From positions 35,092,001 through 35,156,000 of the forward strand of contig JANJGN010000026.1 in the NCBI GenBank assembly GCA_026770705.1: 64,000 bases of DNA. Reading direction: 5' to 3'. The position numbers and the translations under genes were made by a program. Below the pieces are notes generated by a model that searched no databases, was not told where the DNA came from, and saw only the letters and a list, made by a program, of their open reading frames with translations. This document shows positions 37,347 through 49,497 of this stretch, one piece after another; the first letter of the stretch is position 1, and each line of letters begins with the position of its first letter. This DNA is from Isurus oxyrinchus (taxonomy: Eukaryota).

Positions 37347-38387
37347 AGACTCTGTGCACAGTAATAGACCGCGGCGTCAGACAGCCGCAACTCCGAGATA
37401 GTCAATCGGTACGACTTGTCCGTCTGCTGGACTGTATCAGAAAACCGGCTCTGAGCGAAATCCGCCTTAAATTCTGAACCGCCGCCCGGGAGCCTCCGGA
37501 CTGCAAACTCGGGCTGTCTGCCTGGGTACTGCCGGTACCAGAATAAGTAATAGGCATCGTCGGTATAGGTGCAGTTTAAAGCGACATCTTCTCCCTCTGT
37601 CTTTGTGACTGAGGATTCCCGCTGAGTAACAGAAACTCCATCGCTCAGATCTGGAACACACGGTTAAAGAAAGAGGAAATCAGCGATTAAAACTTTCACG
37701 GAACAGAACTGAGGGTGAAAATTCACAGCCAGTGTTACATATATTAAATGTAATTTCGAGCATACAACAGTTCATTCGGCCTAAATGGTCCATCTCCGTG
37801 TTTCCATCCCCGAAGAGCATCCTCACTCTCTTAGCAAATCCTTCCAACCTTTTCTTCCTCTTCCACTTATCTCGTTTCCCTTCATTAAAACTAGAGTCTT
37901 TGTCTCAACTGCTCCTTGTAGCATTGAATTCCTTATTCTAAAAAGTAAAGATAATTGTCATGGATCCCCTATTGAGTCCTTTTCGTGACTCTTATATTTA
38001 TAACTCATACTTTAGAAATCCTCCACAAGTGGAATTATATTTTCCGTCGAACTCCTTAATCATTTTGAAGACCTCTATTCGGTTCCGCCTCAGTTTCTCT
38101 TTACCAGAGGGTAGAACCCCAGTCTGTACAGTTCTTGCTGAATTCCAGTACCATAATTGTAATTGGATTTCTTTTCATTTTCTTTTGTGGTCTGTGTTCG
38201 TCTGATTAAAGACCAGAACACTTCCCCATAAATCCAAGTGTGGTCCGATCAAGATCCTAAACATGCTTAACATGAATTTTCCGCTTTTTAAATTGATTCT
38301 CCCAGAAATTAAGCCCCTTTTTCAAATTTTAAACTTCTTACCGACAATGAATGTGACCCAGACCACAGCGAGAACGGAGAGCCGCAT
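37347..38387 (-). CDS. Intact TCR alpha/delta V segment (not in the ORF track)
   Basis: Leader 38342-38387 MRLSVLAVVWVTFIV (G|GTAAGA); exon 37347-37650: DLSDGVSVTQRESSVTKTEGEDVALNCTYTDDAYYLFWYRQYPGRQPEFAVRRLPGGGSEFKADFAQSRFSDTVQQTDKSYRLTISELRLSDAAVYYCAQS. Confidence 0.93.
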
Positions 38388-38472
38388 TGCTGCTGCTCCG
38401 GAGAAGTTTTGTGTCTCAGAAGTCGGCAGAAGACCGGACAAGAAAAGCTGAGTCAATTGGCTGAGGCGGATC

Positions 38473-38540
38473 TGACGTCACTTCCTGAGGATATGGGATC
38501 GAAAGAGCTGAAATCACTGGATCTGATTGGCCTGACGTGA
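38473..38540 (-). promoter_or_regulatory. V promoter: CRE decamer, ETS site and CCAAT
   Basis: CAGGAAGTGACGTCA on the minus strand about 85 bp upstream of the ATG; CCAAT and a second TGACGT at 38525-38538. Confidence 0.65.
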
Positions 38541-40392
38541 CTCCAGCAGTCACGAGTCCGTGTTTATTACAGAGAACTGGGACATTAAGGGTGTATTCTC
38601 TCTCTGTGACCTTATGAATTGGCAGCGGGTCAGACTCTGACTTTCATCCATGTGGGACCTGGGTCAAATCCAGGCCAGGGAGAGGGTGATGGTCTCCAAC
38701 TTGTGATTGGTTACAGGGTGTGGCAGCGGATCAAACACTGACCTTTCCCTCTCGATGAATTGGGTTCGAAACCAGTGGTTAGGACAATTATTATTTGTGA
38801 TGGGCACGAATCACATCAGTGGGTTTAATGTTCCTATTTCTCCTGTACTTAAATCGAGCTCATAAAATGAATAAAGTCCGCTTCGGGTTTTGGAAACGAA
38901 GACCTTAGTATTTTGCGGGGTGTTAGAATCCGTTTTTGTGTTTGGGCCCAGATATGAACGACTTGTGCTGTTTACATTGGTTGCACATTATGGACCAGAG
39001 CAACACCTGGCTCCCCATTCGCCTAAATACCTGTTTTTAAACCCGTCTGTGAGGAAGGTTTGGGGGAGAAACAGATTGAGGCTCAGGGAAAAAAACTGAG
39101 GGAGAGACAGAGTTGAATCACGATTAAACATCCGCAATCTATATTTGGCTTATGGTTTTCATAGCAGTTTTCATGAAACGGGTATTATACCGGGTGGTTA
39201 AAAGTCGCCCATATTTCTATTGGTAAGTGGAACGGGCAAAGACCCTGGATTGCTTTCCGTCAAAGACATTATCGAGCCAGCTGGGACTTATGACCATCCA
39301 ACAGTGTCGTGCCACCACCAGTACTAGCTTTAACTCCAGGCGTTTATTTTATCAGCAGAAATTAAATTCCTCAAGCGCCGTGGTCTGAATGCAAATCAAG
39401 TAGTCGGATTATTAAACCAGTTACCTCAGATTGCCAGTATGGTAACATAACCACAGAATGCGCGGGCCCGTAGCTGCTCCAGTGCACAAACACGATGTGT
39501 GCGCTTCGTCTTGTGCTGATGTGTGGCAAATAGCGTTTTCCCGACAATACACTAAATTCGCATATTACTGAATGATGTTCCTGCTTGATTATGCCGCGTT
39601 CTTCTTGTTCTTCTTACCCCTATTATAATATTCTTTAATACAAGTGAACCTATGCATGGAACCAGTACCAACTCCAGTTCAAATTCTAGTGATTGTCTTT
39701 GTTTATTTTCAAAATGCCAGGCATACCTGTTAATTCATGCTCGTTTTAAACATAATGAAATGACAGAGGCCCCGGTAAGATTCCGACATTTAAATGTCCA
39801 CGCAAAGAAATTATGTCAGTTTGACTCCTGATACACACCTAACCTATATAGTGTGGGATTTAAGTGTAGCTGCTTCCATTTTAAACATGTTTCTGCTCTG
39901 TGGTTTTTATATATTGTCTATTATATCTTCCCCTAACACTTGAGCGCGTTGTTTGGAGAACTCTTTGAATAGTAGATTGGGAGATATTGGACTTTCTACG
40001 TTCTGCACTCCCAGGAACACGACAGAAGGAGAAAGAGAGATAACAATTGAAAGAGGGGAAGGGGCGCAGAGAGACAGGAGCGAAAGAGGCTCAGAGAGAC
40101 GGAACGACTGAGAACGGGAGAGAAAAGAGATTGAAAGGCAGACATAGGTACGAAGACAGAGCCATTGACATGGAAAAACATAGCGATACAGGAAGACAGC
40201 CAGATCAAGTCGTTGATATACAATTAACATTAATTGGTGCACAACTGTCGTCAGTACTGAAAGACCAGCCAATCCTGTACCTGTGAATCGCCCCCGAGTT
40301 TCCAAATGCAGGGTAAGTGAAGCCTCTCCCGGATATCCGTTTACTCTTTCATGTCGGAATAGAAGTCATTCTGTTAGTCTAAACCAGGCACC

Positions 40393-40721
40393 ATGTGACC
40401 CCTATATTCCTAATATTGGTCTTGCTGCCCGGTGAGTTTGTTTTTAATGATCAATGTCTCTTCCATGGATTATATTCACCGTCAGATATTTAGTAAGTTC
40501 TGTAATGTGTTACAGAAACTATTGGCGAAGATGAATTGTCTCAGGGCCCCTCTGAATTAACAGCTCTGGAAGGGCAGACCATAATACTGAACCGCAATTA
40601 ATCGACAATTGCTGCTCGAACTCTCTCCTGGTGCGTCAAGTATCCCGGGATGCTCCAGGATATTTATTGAAAGTACACAGCGCGGGAGATACGTCTCAGG
40701 ATTTTTCAGACAGGTTCTCAG
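40393..40721 (+). pseudogene. 3'-truncated TCR V pseudogene
   Basis: Exon from 40516 reads TIGEDELSQGPSELTALEGQTIILNRN*ST...LSWCVKYPG; ends at a LINE tail near 40722; upstream region is an inverted paralog of about 3030-3900. Confidence 0.85.
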
Positions 40722-41066
40722 AGAATCATAGAAAGATAGCGGAGCTGAAAGAGGTTACTTGGCCCATCGTTGTCTGCGCCGGCTGAAAAACGAGTCACCC
40801 AGTCTAATCCCACTTTCCACTTTAAACTCCTACCACTTTAAATTGATCGCTGAGTTACCAGTTGAAATCAGCAAAATATAAAAATGTAATTGCACAAGTG
40901 AGACTTGCCTGATTTTGTTAACTGTGGTTTTGTTACTATTTTGGTGGTGGTGGTGGGGATAGGGAGGGAGGGGGTGGGGAGGGGGGGTGGGCGGGTTGCG
41001 GTGGGGGATATCCCAGATATTCCCACTGTGGAGGCTGTTTGGGAGCTTTGTTTTGTCGGTGTGACA

Positions 41067-41080
41067 GCACCCTCTGGCGA
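41067..41080 (-). promoter_or_regulatory. RSS-proximal CTCF-type motif
   Basis: TCGCCAGAGGGTGC, 24 bp beyond the nonamer; equivalents at 42396-42409 and 2559-2572. Confidence 0.6.
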
Positions 41081-41104
41081 GCACCAACTGCAAACCCCAG
41101 TGTT

Positions 41105-41143
41105 GGTTTTTGTGTGGAGTCCGCTTTTCTCTGCAGCAGTGTG
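41105..41143 (-). other. 23-RSS
   Basis: CACACTG-23 bp-ACAAAAACC. Confidence 0.92.
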
Positions 41144-41616
41144 GATCTCATGGCACAGAAATACACGGCGGTGTCAGAGATCACGACCTTACCGATCGTT
41201 AGCTCGGTGTTCTTGGCTGTTTTATCGAACGCAGAATTGGAGCGGGCAGCCAAACCTGGGTTGCGGTTTATTATCCCTCCAATAATATAAAACATTTTCT
41301 GTGGAGGCTCCCCGGGGTGCTGACTGTACCAGAGCACAGTAGGATTACCAACGTTTGTTTTTAAGGTGCAGTTTAGGGTGAGATTGCCTTCCTCTTCAGC
41401 AACCTTTTCAAGAACCGGCTGTTCCACTTTGTCTTGGCGGCTCAATTCTAACATAATTTAAGAATAAGAGACATCGATATTGTTAACATCATCATCATTT
41501 CACAAAGCAGTGACATCTGGGTGAGGGTGTTTCTGGGAATAATGAATTTTTCGTGGGCGTGAACACTTACTGAGAAGGGATATAACGATGAGGAGCAGTG
41601 TGAGACAGTTCTGCAT
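41144..41616 (-). CDS. Intact TCR alpha/delta V segment
   Basis: Leader 41571-41616 MQNCLTLLLIVISLL; exon 41144-41447: KLSRQDKVEQPVLEKVAEEEGNLTLNCTLKTNVGNPTVLWYSQHPGEPPQKMF...ISDTAVYFCAMR. Confidence 0.92.
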
Positions 41617-42471
41617 GATGTTCGATGTGTCTGTAACTGTGAAGTCAAGGGAAACCCTCTGTCGGAGCAGAAGTACAGAATCCCACCCCGAGTCCCCACT
41701 GACTTGCTCATCCAATCAATTCCAAGCAGAGAACAAAGGCAGCAAATTCTCCAATAATAAAGGGCAAGGAAGGGGGTGATGCTGACGACAGCAAACCGAT
41801 GCTGTGGGCGGGGTTATAGCTGGTAGTGATATCACACAGTCGGATTCATCTGCAAACAAGTGAACTCAGGAGTAATGTCTCCTTCGAAAAGAATGTAACT
41901 CTGACTCTCTAGGACGGTTGTGGTAATTCATATTCATTCCATACTGGATACGAGTAAATTCGGGACAGGAGTATCAGGATTGTTATATTATTCAGTAATA
42001 TGTAAATGTTTAATGAATAACCTCTCTTGAATCCAGGGCTAAATCTACAGGCATCGGGGTTGGACTGATTCTGAATTACTGGACAGAGAAGTAGCAAAGG
42101 ACCATCTACTTAAATTAAAGACTAAAAGAAGAAACTGTGCACAATTCTGTTTACCGAATGGAGACGGGTTGATAGGAAACACGACAGCAGGGAAATGCGT
42201 CGATAAAGAAAAGTGGAATTGAGGCATTACATTGCCATTTGTAAAGCTCGCTTTAATTATAAATTCAAATTTCAACCGCAAACTAATCGAAACAGCTGTT
42301 CTTGATGAATGTTAAATGTTTAATGATCTTTTAACAAGGTTCACCTGATCTCACAGTGGGATTTGAATCATTCCTTCTGTTTTGACGGTGTGAGTGCGCC
42401 CTCTGCTCAGCGCAAACTGAAAAACTCTGTGAGTTGCAGTCTGGGACCCGCTACCTCTCTGTAGCAGTGTT

Positions 42472-42959
42472 GGGCTCATGGCACATCAATACAAGGTGGA
42501 GTTGGAAATCAGCATGTTGCCGATCGTTAGATCAGTGACCTTGGCAGTTTTATTAAGCGTAGAAGAAAACCGATCAGTGATCTCGCTGCTCCTGTGCACA
42601 TTCTCTCTAATATGATGAAACACCCACTCTGGAGGCTGCCTGGGATGCTCACTGTGCCAGTACACATAATAGCTGTGAGTTCTTGCTTTCAAAGTGCAAG
42701 TTTGTGCGAAATTAATTTTCTCTTCATCCATTATTTCATGAGCCGGCTGTTCCATTGTGTCCTGGTAGTTCCATTCTAACATTAAAGAAAAGTAAAAACA
42801 ATAGTCAGTCAACATAATCGTCATGATCGCCGTCACCATTATTTGAACAGCAATGACATCTGGGTCACAGCAATCAGGAGGACAATGGATTTTACCGGGA
42901 AGGAGATGCTTACTGAGAAATGATATATCAATGAGGAGCGGAGTGAAATTGTCCCCCAT
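42472..42959 (-). pseudogene. TCR V pseudogene, tandem paralog of 41144-41616
   Basis: Leader 42914-42959, exon 42472-42775 reads ...TCTLKARTHSYYVYWHSEHPRQPPEW...STLY*CAMS; heptamer AACACTG. Confidence 0.9.
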
Positions 42960-44224
42960 AATACGTCCTCAGTCTGCAACCTACGTGCCAAAACTCTTCT
43001 GTCAAAGCAGAAAGATAGATCTCCGTCCCACTGCACTGCTGACCCGAACAATGAAAAGAATGAATCAGCGTCAGTAAACTCTCCAATTACAATCGGTTCA
43101 GAGTGGGAGCAGGAAACGAAAGCTGCGGGCGGGGATACCGCAGACTCGATATTAAGTGAAGTGCACGGTGACTCTCAGCTGCTCTCTGAACTGAGGGAGC
43201 GGAAATAGCGACGGGTGAAATTTCACAACTTTGTGACAATCCTGCACCTGCTCACTGTTTAAGTGACAGAGAACAAATCGAGCAGAAGAGGCATGAATAA
43301 ACTTGAATCATAGAATTTTAAACTATTGAATTAGACCATTTGCCATACCATCCCTGTGTCTGTTTGGAAGAGTTATCAAATCGTCTTTCAACTCTTGCAA
43401 TTTCCGCATGAGGGGCAAGTTTTTGCATTTTCAACGTACAAAACATTTCCTTCTGAAGGTTACGATTGAATATTCTTCTTCCATCCTTTGGGTCGTGCAG
43501 TTAAGATTTTGACACGGTGTATTAAGTGAATTTCATATTTTTCTCATTTTTTTTTTCTCTGAAAATGGGGCTCATGGGTTATCGAATTTTCTGCTACTAG
43601 ACGCAATAGTGCGTGATTTATTACATCAGACCTTTTATCATTTTGAGTACTTCAATTAATTATCTTCTTTAAATAGTTGAGAAAGGAATAACGCCCGTTT
43701 CCCTCGTCTGTTGACACTTAAGGGCGTCACCCTTGGTACCTGCCTGGTGCATTACTTCTAATGTCTAATATCTGATATCTTGTCATTTTGTATGAATATT
43801 GGTCCCCTGATTTTTAAACAGTATCATGGAAAGAATTGCATTACTTTCTGGCATAAACATAAAAAAAGCCTAGGTCTGATCAGCTCCAAATTAAATATCT
43901 GGGAAACAATGTCTGACATGCATCTTTTGATATGTATACCAATGAACCCTCCACCCACTGAAAGGCCCCATTCTAAAATAAATCGAACAGAGCTCCCTGA
44001 AGAGCGCACTAAGTTCATTCATGTTGATTAGAAAGTCACGTGTGACCAACGCCGGGGCCTATAAGGATGGTAGCCTGAGTGTAGTCACAACGGGCCTGGC
44101 CCCCTGCAGTGTGAGGTTGGAACAATGAGCTGATCAGAGCCTGGGTTCCCTCTCTCCTTCTCACTCTCTGGCCCATTGCATTCACATTTACTGAGAGAGA
44201 TTCAGTCAGACATGTTTCTGATAA

Positions 44225-44328
44225 CAAAAACAGAATTACCTGGAAAAACTCAGCAGGTCTGGCAGCATCGGCGGAGAAGAAAAGAGTTGACGTTTCGAGT
44301 CCTCACGACCCTTGGACAGAACTAGATA
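44225..44328 (-). mobile_element. Solo Penelope terminal repeat inserted in a V leader, 13-bp TSD
   Basis: ATGTTTCTGATAA at 44212-44224 and 44329-44341. Confidence 0.85.
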
Positions 44329-44601
44329 ATGTTTCTGATAATACTGGCTGCGCTGTTGGACAGTAAGTACTGAATTATGTTCATCAAGTCTGGTTAGCTG
44401 GTTTGCATGAGGATTTAATGCGGCTAGCGATCGGGTACATGCATATTATAGACAGCTTGGTAGGTGGGGATTTGCACATACATACAGATAGACACAAGTT
44501 TAGATTTAAGCTCGTGCTCTTTTGTTTATCTACCTCCAGAGTCGGACTATTTGCAGATCCAGTAACTCACTCTCCGCTGACACCAACTGTTTTAGATGTG
44601 A
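44329..44601 (+). pseudogene. Truncated V, paralog of 32661-33189
   Basis: Leader MFLIILAALLD (A|GTAAGT); exon from about 44541 reads GLFADPVTHSPLTPTVLD, then Penelope sequence. Confidence 0.85.
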
Positions 44602-45287
44602 TAAAAGCAAAAATCTGCGGATGCTGGAAATCCAAAACAAAAATAAAAATACAAATACCTGGAAAAACTTAGCAGGTCTGACAGCATCTGCGGAGAGGAA
44701 CACAGTTAACGTTTCGAGTCCGTATGACTCTTCTTCAGAACAAAGGAAAATAGAAGAGATGTGAAATATAAGCTGGTTTAAGGGGGCGCAGCTGGGGTGG
44801 GACAAGTAGGGCTGGATAGAGGGCCAAAAGATAACCAAAAGATGTCACAGCCAAAAGGACAAAGAGACGTTGACGGTGGTGATATTATCTATGAAATGTG
44901 CTAATAGGTGACATTAAGGGTAGAAATCAAGACGAGCAAGGTACAGATAGCCCTAGTGGGGGTGGGGTGGGGAGCAGGGATCGAAATAAGCTAAAAGGTA
45001 GAGATAAAGCAATGGTTGGAAATACATTTAAAAATAATGGAAGTAGCTGGGAAAAGAAAAGTCTATATTAATTATTGGAAAAAACGGGGATTGGCAAGGG
45101 GGTGGGGATGGAGGAGAGAGTTCATGATCTAAACTTGTTGAACTCAGTATTCAGTCCAGAAGGCTGTAAAGTGCCTTGTCGGAAGATGAGGTGCTGTTCC
45201 TCCATTTTGCACTGAGCTTCACTGGAACATTGCAGCAGGCCAAGAATGGACATGTGGGCATGACAGCAGGGTGGTGTGTTGAAATGC
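44602..45287 (-). mobile_element. Penelope 3' fragment with hammerhead core
   Basis: C-terminus ...QPSGLNTEFNKFRS plus 3' repeat; hammerhead core at 44705-44741. Confidence 0.85.
44705..44741 (-). ncRNA. Minimal type I hammerhead ribozyme motif
   Basis: GUU-CUGAAGA-A-GAGUC-auacg-GACUC-GAAA-CG-UU-AAC. Confidence 0.65.
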
Positions 45288-45884
45288 ATGTCCATCCTGC
45301 TCTCACTCACTTATTAGGGGACTCAGAGCCCTCTTCCAGGGAGATTGTTATCAAGCTCCCAGTTCTTTGATGATGGCAGAAACTACAAATTGTCACCCTG
45401 TCTCTCAGAAGGCTTTTCTATGATCCTTATTGCGAGGTAACACCTTGTGTCTCCAACGAACAGGAATTGGTGGCACCGTCTGTCACTGAAGTGTCGCTAA
45501 CATTCAGAACACTTCACTATGCTAAATTGGGCGAAGCTTTGATCCTGTTTCCATCGCTAGTACTTGTCGCCAGGTGCTGCACTGTTCAGTCTGGATATTG
45601 TCTGTACCATTGTTGGATCCGCCTTGCTACAGTGATAATACAGGTCAATGATACAATGTCCCCTTCTGCAACAGCCGCTGACTGTCATGTTCCATCACTG
45701 CCAGTTACATTAGATATAATGTCGCATAATTAGTAAAATATAACGCAACTCCTTATAACATACAACAATAAAATATAAAATAACAAAATACAAGTTGATA
45801 GAATACAGGAAAATGCAATCCAACAGGATATAGCATAACTATATTTTATATATATGTACATATATATACATAAATATATTTAGA

Positions 45885-46150
45885 ACCCCGGCAAATCGCG
45901 AAATTTGAATTCAATACAAATCTGGGAATATGACGATGAAAACACTGTCGGTTGTCGTAAAAACCCATCTGGTTCGTTTATGCTCTATAGGGCAGGAAAT
46001 CTACCATCGCTACTTGGCCTGGACAACATGTGACTCCAGTCCCATACCAACGTAGTTGACTCTTAAATTACCCTGTGAACTAGGTCAACTAGAGAGAGAT
46101 GGGTAATAAATGGTGGCCCAGCCGGCGACGCCCACACACTATAAATGAAT
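45885..46150 (+). mobile_element. 5'-truncated tRNA-SINE
   Basis: Body and tail shared with 32125-32457. Confidence 0.75.
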
Positions 46151-46599
46151 AATATATGTTATACTGTGGTAACATAAATTGCACTATATACGATATTATA
46201 CTCATATTGTATCTAATGATGTGTGCTGCAATCATTTGGAGGATAGAGTGCGAAATCCAGAAAGGCCATCAATAAAATGAAGCTTAGCTTCATGTCGTGT
46301 CCTATCAACTTCGGTAAATTAATTCTCGGGAGATCCAGGTCAGGGTAGCTGCTTCTGAAGTCAGTGCTGTTGCGCATGAATCTTAACGAGCATCAGAACG
46401 CTGTACCCGCTAGAAACAGGCTTCTGGGACTTCACCTCCCAGAGTGAAGTATGAGGGAGGTTCTCGTTCAGCTTTGGTGGAAGTTGGGTGGAGCGTTCCG
46501 TTCGTTATCCTGAATCAAACCGAATAATGGAAACAGAGAGAACACAAATCGTGAGCAATGATCTCCGTGATCCTTTCAAATTTGATCATTTAAACCAGG

Positions 46600-46613
46600 C
46601 CAGCAGGTGGCGC
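46600..46613 (+). promoter_or_regulatory. CTCF-type motif
   Basis: GG-CCAGCAGGTGGCGC-TG, near-perfect consensus; intergenic. Confidence 0.7.
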
Positions 46614-47113
46614 TGCCGGGTCGCTGTGTCTACCACAGGTCATTTTGTCCCAAAGAATGCTGACTGGCATTTGCTTCGATCTAAATTCACAAAAAATATT
46701 ATTTTCAGCCCTTCGATTTGAATTCATAATATTCTATCTTTGCTACTGTTAAAAATTTCATACCTTATTTGATTACTAATAAGCTAGTTACCTCAAGTTG
46801 ACAGTTTGAAATTAAATACATTTGCCACTACAATGGATTACAATTCGGATTGGGTTCGGATTTTTCTGTCATCCAAAATTTGCTTTCACCCGCACACTTC
46901 AACCGGAGCTCAATGGTGAAGGTATTTGCAGCTAAATAATAGCATTGGAATTCATTTCGCGAACCTGGGACTAACATGGTTCTCATAGAGAGGTGGAGTT
47001 ATATCATTTTCAATGGGCATCTTAATATTGAAGCAACTTCCTCACGCCTGTTTTGACCATGTGCTGCACAGGTAAATGCTGCAGTTAAACAGCGACGACA
47101 GATATGATACCCT

Positions 47114-49497
47114 GAACAAAAACAGAATTACCTGGAAAAACTCAGCAGGTCTGGCAGCATCGGCGGAGAAGAAAAAAGTTGAAGTTTCGAGTCCTCATGA
47201 CGCTTACTCAGAACTGGGTGAATATAAGGAGAGGGGTGAAATATAAGCTGGTTTAAGGTGGGTGGGGGGGGGGTGGTGAGAAGTGGGGGTGGGGGGGTGG
47301 TGGTGTGGTTGTAGGGACAAGCAAGCAGTGATAGGAGCAGATAATCAAAAGATGTCACAGACAAAAGAACAAAAGAGCACAAAGGTGTTGAAGGTGGTGA
47401 TATTATGTAAACGAATGTGCTAATTAAGAATGGATGGTAGGGCACCAAATGTACAGCTCTAGTGGGGGTGAGGTGGAAAGAGTAGCAGGGCATAAAATAT
47501 TTAAAAATAATGGAAATAGGTGGGAAAAGAAAAATCAGTATAAATTATTGGAAAAAACAAAAGGAAGGGGGAAGAAACAGAAAGGGGCTGGGGTTGGAGG
47601 AGGGAGTTCAAGATCTAAAGTTGCTGAATTCGATATTCAGTCAGGAAGGCTGTAAAGTGCCTCGTCAAAGATGAGGTGCTATTCCTCCAGTTTGCGTTAG
47701 GCTTCACTGGAACAATGCAGCAAGCCAAGGACAGACTTGTGAACAAGAGAGCAGGGTGGAGTGTTAAAATGGCAAGCAACAGGGAGGTTTGGGTCATTCT
47801 TGTGGACAGACCACAGGTGTTCTGCAAAGCAGTCGCCCAGTTTATGTTTGGTCTCTCCAATGTAGAGGAGACCACATTGGGAGCAACGAATGCAGTAGAC
47901 TAAGTTGGGGGAATGCAAGTGAAATGCTGCTTCACTTGAAGTGAGTGTTTGGGTCCTTGGACAGTGAGGAGAGAGGACGTGAAGCGGTAAGTGTTGCATC
48001 TTTTGCATGGGCATGGGGAGGTGCCGTAGGTGTGGGTTGAGGAGTAGGAGGTGATGGAGGAGTGGGCCAGGGTGTGCGGAAGGAACGATCCCTATGGAAT
48101 GCCGCCGGGGGGTGTGAAGGGAAGATGTGTTTGGTGGTGGCATCATGCTGGAGTTGGCGGAAATGGCGGAGGATGATCCCTTGAATGCAGAGACTGATGG
48201 GGCGATAAGTGAGGATAAAGGGGGACCCTATCATGTTTCTGGGAGGGAGTAGAAGGCGTGAGGGCGGATGCATGGGAGATGAGCCAGACATGGTTGAGGG
48301 CCTTGTCAACGACCATGGGTGGAAAATCTCGGTTAAGGAAGAAGGAGGACATTTCAGAGGAACATTTCAGAACAAATGCGATGGAGGAGAAGGAACTGAG
48401 AGAATGGGGTGTATTCCATACAGGAAGCGAGGTGTGAGGAGCTGTAATCGAGGTAGCTGTGGGAGTCGTTAGGCTTGTAATGGATATTGGTGGACAGTCT
48501 ATCATGAGAGATTGAGACGGAGAGGTCAAGGAAGGGAAGGGAAGTGTCAGAGAAATAACCATGTGAAAATGATGGAGGCGTGGAGATTGGAAGCAAAATT
48601 AATAATTTTTTCCAAGTCCCGACGAGAGCCTGAAGCAGCACCGAAATAATCATCGATGTACCAGAGAAAGAGTTGTGAAGGGGGCCATAGTAGGACTGGA
48701 ACAAGGAATGTTCCACATACCCCATAAAGAGACAGGCATAGCAGGGGCCCATGCCGGTACCCATAGCCACACCTTTTATTTGGAGGAAGAGAGAGGAGTT
48801 AAAGGAGAAATTGTTTAGTGTGAGAACAAGTTCAGCCAGACGGAGGAGCGCAGTGGTGGATGGGGATTGTTCGGGCATCTGTTCGAGGAAGATGCTAAGG
48901 GCCCTCAGACCATCCTGGTGGGTGAATGGAGGTGTAGCGGGATTGGACGTCCATGGTGAAGAGGAAGGGGTTGGGGCCAGGGAACTGGAAATTGTTGATG
49001 TGGCGTAAGGTGTCAGAGGAATCATGGATGTAGGTGGGAGGGGACTGCACAAGGGGAGAGAGAAGGAAGTCAAGATAATGAGAAATGAGTTCTGTGGGGC
49101 AGAAGCAGGCAAAAGCGATCAGTCCACCGGGACAGTTCTGGTTGTGGATTTTGGGTAGGAGGTAGAAGCAGGCCATCCTAGTTTGGGCGACTATCAGGTT
49201 GGAAGCCGTGGGAGGAAGATCTCTAGCGGAGATGAGGTCAGTGACAGTCCTGGAAACAATGGCTTGATGTTCAGTGGTGAGGTCATGGTCCAGGGAGAGG
49301 TACGAGGAAGTGTTTGTGAGTTGACGCTCAGCCTCCGTGAGATGGAGGTCAGTGCGCCAGACAACAGCAACACCACGCTTGTTAGCGGGTTTGATGACAA
49401 TGTTGGGGTTGGATCTGAGAGAGCGGAATGCAGTAAGTTCAGAGAGGGACAGATTAGAATGGGTGAGAGGAGCAGAGAAATTGAGACAACTCACTTG
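47114..49497 (-). mobile_element. Penelope-like retroelement (RT plus GIY-YIG), frameshifted, 14-bp TSD
   Basis: IVIKPANK, YLLPKIH, FTMDVQS, QIKGVAMGT and LYIGET motifs; AGATATGATACCCT at 47100-47113 and 49498-49511. Confidence 0.92.
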
